A DNA stretch of 64,000 nt from Rhizodiscina lignyota (lineage: Eukaryota). Shown one piece after another: positions 59,777 to 64,000 of the stretch (position 1 is its first letter; the number at the start of each line of letters is the position of its first letter). The stretch covers positions 930,001 to 994,000 of the forward strand of contig ML978121.1 in NCBI GenBank assembly GCA_010015805.1, written 5' to 3'. Made by a program: the position numbers and the translations under genes. The notes under the pieces were generated by a model, which worked only from the letters and a program-made list of their open reading frames with translations, had not been told where the DNA came from and searched no databases.

Positions 59777-62700
59777 CTACACCCGAATCCTCTCGAAGCT
59801 GTATGGCCCAACGCGTTTCGATATCTCCAATCCGATTTGCCTCTTTGACTTGACTCTGATCTCGCCTCCAGTCACTACTTTAGTAGCAGCCACTCTCTGA
59901 TTCTCAACCTTTAACCCCAACGGCAATGCATCTTTGAGTCTAGCGCTGATCTCCCCCTGCACTCCTGTGGCAACCCCTTCTACCACTGTGACTGGCTTGG
60001 TTAACTCGCCTCTCTCCATGGCCTTCTTGTTGCGCCTCGCGATGTTAGGCCTATGATCTGCACGCTTGGCTGTTTCAGCATAGCGGAAAAACTCGCCGAG
60101 AAATTCATGGATGAAGTTAACCTCGTGGATACCTTCCAGGGCAGAGGATATCTCTAGTCGCAAATTCAGCAGAAGTTCTTCTGGGTCGTCTTCCAATGAA
60201 ATCTCGTTTGCAGGAGTCTGAGCGCCTTCTCCGCCGTACAGCCAACCGCCGAGCCCCATTGCGTCAATAGCGCAGCTCAACAGCCCAGCGACTATCGCCA
60301 TTGCGCTGTCGGTCGGCCCGTGAGCGAGATCACTCTCCTCGCCCTCGGCATCCTGCTCCATGTGCCTCAATATCTCAGGGCCTTTGTCCACATAGCGACT
60401 TATCCATCCCCCATCCTGAAGCTCTATCCTGAGCATCTGAATGAAGAATACCAGTTCGTGGGTACTCAATTCTTCTCGCAGCATTTTCGTAACTGTTCGC
60501 TTTGGAAATGCGTGGAGTTTGAGGAGCGCATGACGCAAGCCGTGGGAACGTAGAACGAGGCCATCTTGCAAGGTTGACTGTGCGTAGGAGAGGTCCGCCG
60601 TTGCCAAGGCCAGGTGGCTCTCAACGTCGTCGCTTTCCCTCATGTTAGAGTCTCCATTTAGCGGCTTGGATGAATCATCGTCTTTCTCAGACGGTGCAGG
60701 CAGTAGTTGCTGGCTGATTTGAGTAAACGGCGTATTGTCCAAACTTTGGATCAAAACTTTGATAGCTTGGACGACGACTTCGATGTCGATATACGAAGGC
60801 TGCGTGAGAAGTGTATACAAATTATACATTTCTGGATCATGCCTGACAAGGGCGGTGACCAGATCTTTTGGGGATACTTTTTGAAGTGGAGCAGGACGGG
60901 TAGATGCGACTTGGAGTGCCTGGCTGATAAGATCAACAGTAAGGTGCCTTGAGCGTACGAGCCACTCGAAGACATTTGGCGCGAAGAATGGAATCTCAAT
61001 AGCACAGCGAGCCGTTCCTTCCTCAGGTGAGTGTGGAGGAGTCCCCGAAAAACGTGACCACGCAAACATCTTTCCTAGAGCGAAGAGTGCTTGTTCTCGA
61101 AAGCCTGGACCAGAAAATGTCTGCATCTGTTGTGGCAATAAGATCCATCGAGGAACTTCAGCATCTCTTGGCTCTTGAGGTTGCTCCATATTCGGCTCAT
61201 CAACGTCGTCGGCGGAGTCTGATGCATGCAGTCCATTCACTTCCGCACCATTAACAAGGCCATTCGTCTTTGGGGCGTCATCGGGACTTTTGTTAGTACT
61301 GTTGTCCGCTATGGTGCGAGGAATGCCGAGTACTTCCGCGAAGAGTGCTTCAAAGCCTGCAATGTCGTCGTGGGCTGCTAAATCATCAAGCCTCAGAGCA
61401 GTTTTGGTCCATTCTTCCCCCGACAGTCCCGCTGCCTGGCCTTGTACTCTTAGAAACTCAGGGAGCTTAGGAGAAGTTGTTGACATGTTCAGGTGCTCCT
61501 TCGCGCGATGTGCACCCTTTCTAATTGCATCAATGAGTGGCACACCTTGTGTCCTTGACCGTTTCCGTCGGGTTGTTTGTTTCAATTCGAAGGCAGTAAG
61601 CTCGTTCCCACAAAGACCAACAGCCAGTCCTGAGTCACGGTAGAAGGTGATGAAGCTAAATGATCCTTGGATTGGATGGGGAAGACGTGTCCGTTTTTTG
61701 CCTTTGGCTGTCATCAAGGACTCGAAGCCAAATGGCTGGGTATCTTGTGTTGAACCATACTTAATGTCGTAAACTCCACAGCTTTTTGAAGAAATGGCCA
61801 GGACCATGTTTGGTGATATACGCAGAAAGCTTTCGCATCCATCCTTTGGAAGACTGAATGTCGATTGCTCTTTCGGTACAATTCCGGTGAGGTCGTATGT
61901 TCGGACAGCTCCTCCAGCTAACACATGAAGTATGCCAACCGACGCATGAAGCGAATATTGAACCGCCCCATCAGGTGATGATCCAGGACCATGAGTATTC
62001 GGTGTTCCAAGGTCCCAAGAGACCATGTGCCTTAGAGGGGCAGTGTTGCTCGTTAAACCATCTGCTGACCGTTGCTGCAATGCAAAGATGTCGATCCGGC
62101 GTGAGCTGAGCTTTGAAGGTTGCGACACGGATTGTGAGATTGATATGAGGAGTTTCGAGTGACGTGATGTGGCCAATTGTTCCTCCTCGTCAACGCCGAA
62201 TAGCGCAAGAACATCACTCCGTCCCTTCAGAAGTCCTTTCCGCGCAGCTCCAAGATCCATGAGACTAGCAAACTCGACTCTGCTGATCCGCGCGGTTCCT
62301 GATGCATCCCTGGAAACCTCCGCAAATGTCTTTTGCCACAACGTATTCTCTAGTTGATCATCCAAGCACTGTATTTCCCCATCTTCATGGACAGCGAGAA
62401 CGTCATAACCAGGGTTACTGTTTTGATCGCTACCGGCATGCGGCAGAATATCGACAAAACATACCGGAGCGACGGAATCAGGCAAAGTGAAGGTCTTCTT
62501 GCTGGCGGGCGCAGTGTCCGTTCGTTGCACATCTTCAGCAAAGCAGACGAGCTGTGGAGGCCCTATTGGTTTACCGTTCGGCGGTGCACTCGCGGTAGCT
62601 GCGTATGTCTGCCGTCTCGCGGGAGAAGCTTTCGTCTTCCTTCTGTATATCGAACATGGTGGAGACGAGAAATATGTCTCCGGTGGGACCGGGTACGACG

Positions 62701-62953
62701 AGAGAAGCTGTGGGTTTAGGACCTGCAAGATTATCAGTTATTCGCAAATATAAACCAGCAAAGCTATACTCACATCATAAATCCTAATAGCGCCGTTGTC
62801 GATACTTGTTGCGATCTCTGCTCGTTTTCGTTTCCTTGAGCCTGCAAAAGTGTGTACCGCACTGGCTTGAATGCGGCCATTTTGCTGGTCGGCAGGAGAG
62901 TCGAGGGAGGCGAGAGTCGTAGGAGGACCGTCAATGCCCTTGCTTGAAGACAT
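59777..62953 (-). CDS. UTP8: Utp8-like nucleolar (SSU processome) protein
   Basis: About 1040 aa; exon 62953..62774 plus intron 62773..62723; beta-rich N-terminal half, helical C-terminal half, C-terminus VGPYSFERIRV recalled as typical of the family (recognition only, no search run). Confidence 0.65.
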
Positions 62954-63129
62954 ACTCGAGCCGTGACCGTCAAAAATCTATGTGCACGCTCAAGCAAGGG
63001 ATTGCGATCATGTTGAATAGTTGCTGCCAAAATCTCGAACTTTTTTGAGGCGGAGACAATTTTGGATGGCCCGAGCGGCCCATAGTTTGCCCGAGATCCC
63101 GGAGATCAGCCAGCTAAATTGATGGCGAG

Positions 63130-63145
63130 ACGCGTGCAGACGCGT
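63130..63145. promoter_or_regulatory. Tandem MCB (MluI cell-cycle) boxes in the divergent promoter
   Basis: ACGCGT at 63130-63135 and 63140-63145, further CGCG cores near 63161 and 63269. Confidence 0.55.
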
Positions 63146-63300
63146 GAATTGAATCGTCCACGCGGTTTTTGACTTTGAGGCGTCGCTCCTCCAGCGCACA
63201 TTTTGCTGCTTATCTACTTACACTAATATCCCAAGTTGTCTCTTCGAATGTTTTCTAGGTCAAAGGACCGCGTATGAGGCAATGAAACGGTGGATATTAA

Positions 63301-64000
63301 ATGCAAATGGCGGCCGCGGTGACGAGCGCCATGGATCGTGACGAATCGAGACGATTGCACCCTTTCTTTGGGCCATCGAATAGTATGCTACTGGGCAAAT
63401 GCCACTGATTATATCTAATCATGTCACAGCAAATCAAGCGGCCCTTCTACCGCCCATAAATCCTCAAACCCTCACGCCCATCCATTCACAGACGACCGAG
63501 GCGGCTGATGACCGGTTGGATTCTGATAACAGTGCCTCTAATGTGGAGAAGCGAGCTCCTCAGAAGAGAGACACACGTCCCAAAAAGGCTGAAGTAGCTC
63601 AGAGGGGTATCATGGAGGCCTTCACAAAGAATGGAGTTGTATCAGCATCTGAACCTTCAGACACTACAGAGGAAGCCCCCAAGCACCCGCCTCTCACCGC
63701 AGTGAGAACAGGAACAAGCGATGATGTCTGCTCAGGCTTGGAGGTTGACCCGAATCGGTCGAGGCGCAAGCGCCAAAGAACGGCTTCTTTGAGTGAAGAG
63801 ACTCGTCCTTCGGGCGAAGCAGACATCATCGTTCCCGAACCAGACGCAGAATCGGACGCTCTGTTCGTGGCAAGGAGCCACACGAATCCAGAACATGATA
63901 ATTCAGATGGCTTATCCTGGCACGAGCAGCTGGAGGCCGAAGCCAGAAGATCTGCCGAAGAAGCTCTCGTACAAGCACCGAGTCCACACTCTGAGCCATT
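63301..64000 (+). CDS. 5' part of a gene running off the window; probably Elg1/ATAD5-like alternative RFC subunit
   Basis: MQMAAAV...RRLHPFFG, intron 63383..63429, then open frame with LEVDPNRSRRKRQRTAS (NLS-like). The HPFF and DPN..RRKR motifs and MCB boxes fit Elg1, but the ATPase domain is outside the window. Confidence 0.5.

Noticed and set aside
1..64000. Transposons, rRNA, tRNA, CRISPR arrays, telomeric repeats
   Set aside because: No transposase or RT motifs, terminal repeats, spacer arrays or TTAGGG tracts seen by eye; short or degraded elements could have been missed.

Overview
Gene-dense (about 50% GC) intron-containing genomic DNA from a filamentous ascomycete (Pezizomycotina): short GT-AG introns of about 50 nt with CTRAY branch sites. 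I can support 24 protein-coding genes, two of them cut by the window edges. Main content: (1) a complete carotenoid/retinal/rhodopsin cluster in the Fusarium order carX<- carRA-> carB-> carO->; (2) housekeeping genes (ANXC4-type annexin, PSD2, RPL22, translin, GPI11/PIG-F, UPF0052 protein, complex I 14-kDa subunit, UTP8-like, probable ELG1); (3) secreted or surface proteins (isochorismatase-fold hydrolase, an intact pepsin, a membrane-anchored pseudo-pepsin, a small Cys-containing protein); (4) an intact thioesterase-less group V-like non-reducing PKS with no release or tailoring genes beside it; (5) a U2 snRNA gene at about 35.3 kb, invisible in the ORF track, with variant Sm-site and loop IV sequences. 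The most interesting unexplained signal is an ORF-less, hairpin-packed, apparently spliced unit of about 0.9 kb on the minus strand (about 40132 to 39200). Its promoter shares an identical 15-mer (GAGTATAAATACTTC) with the U2 gene, but it matches no ncRNA I can recognise. All calls come from reading the sequence; no database searches or folding programs were run.
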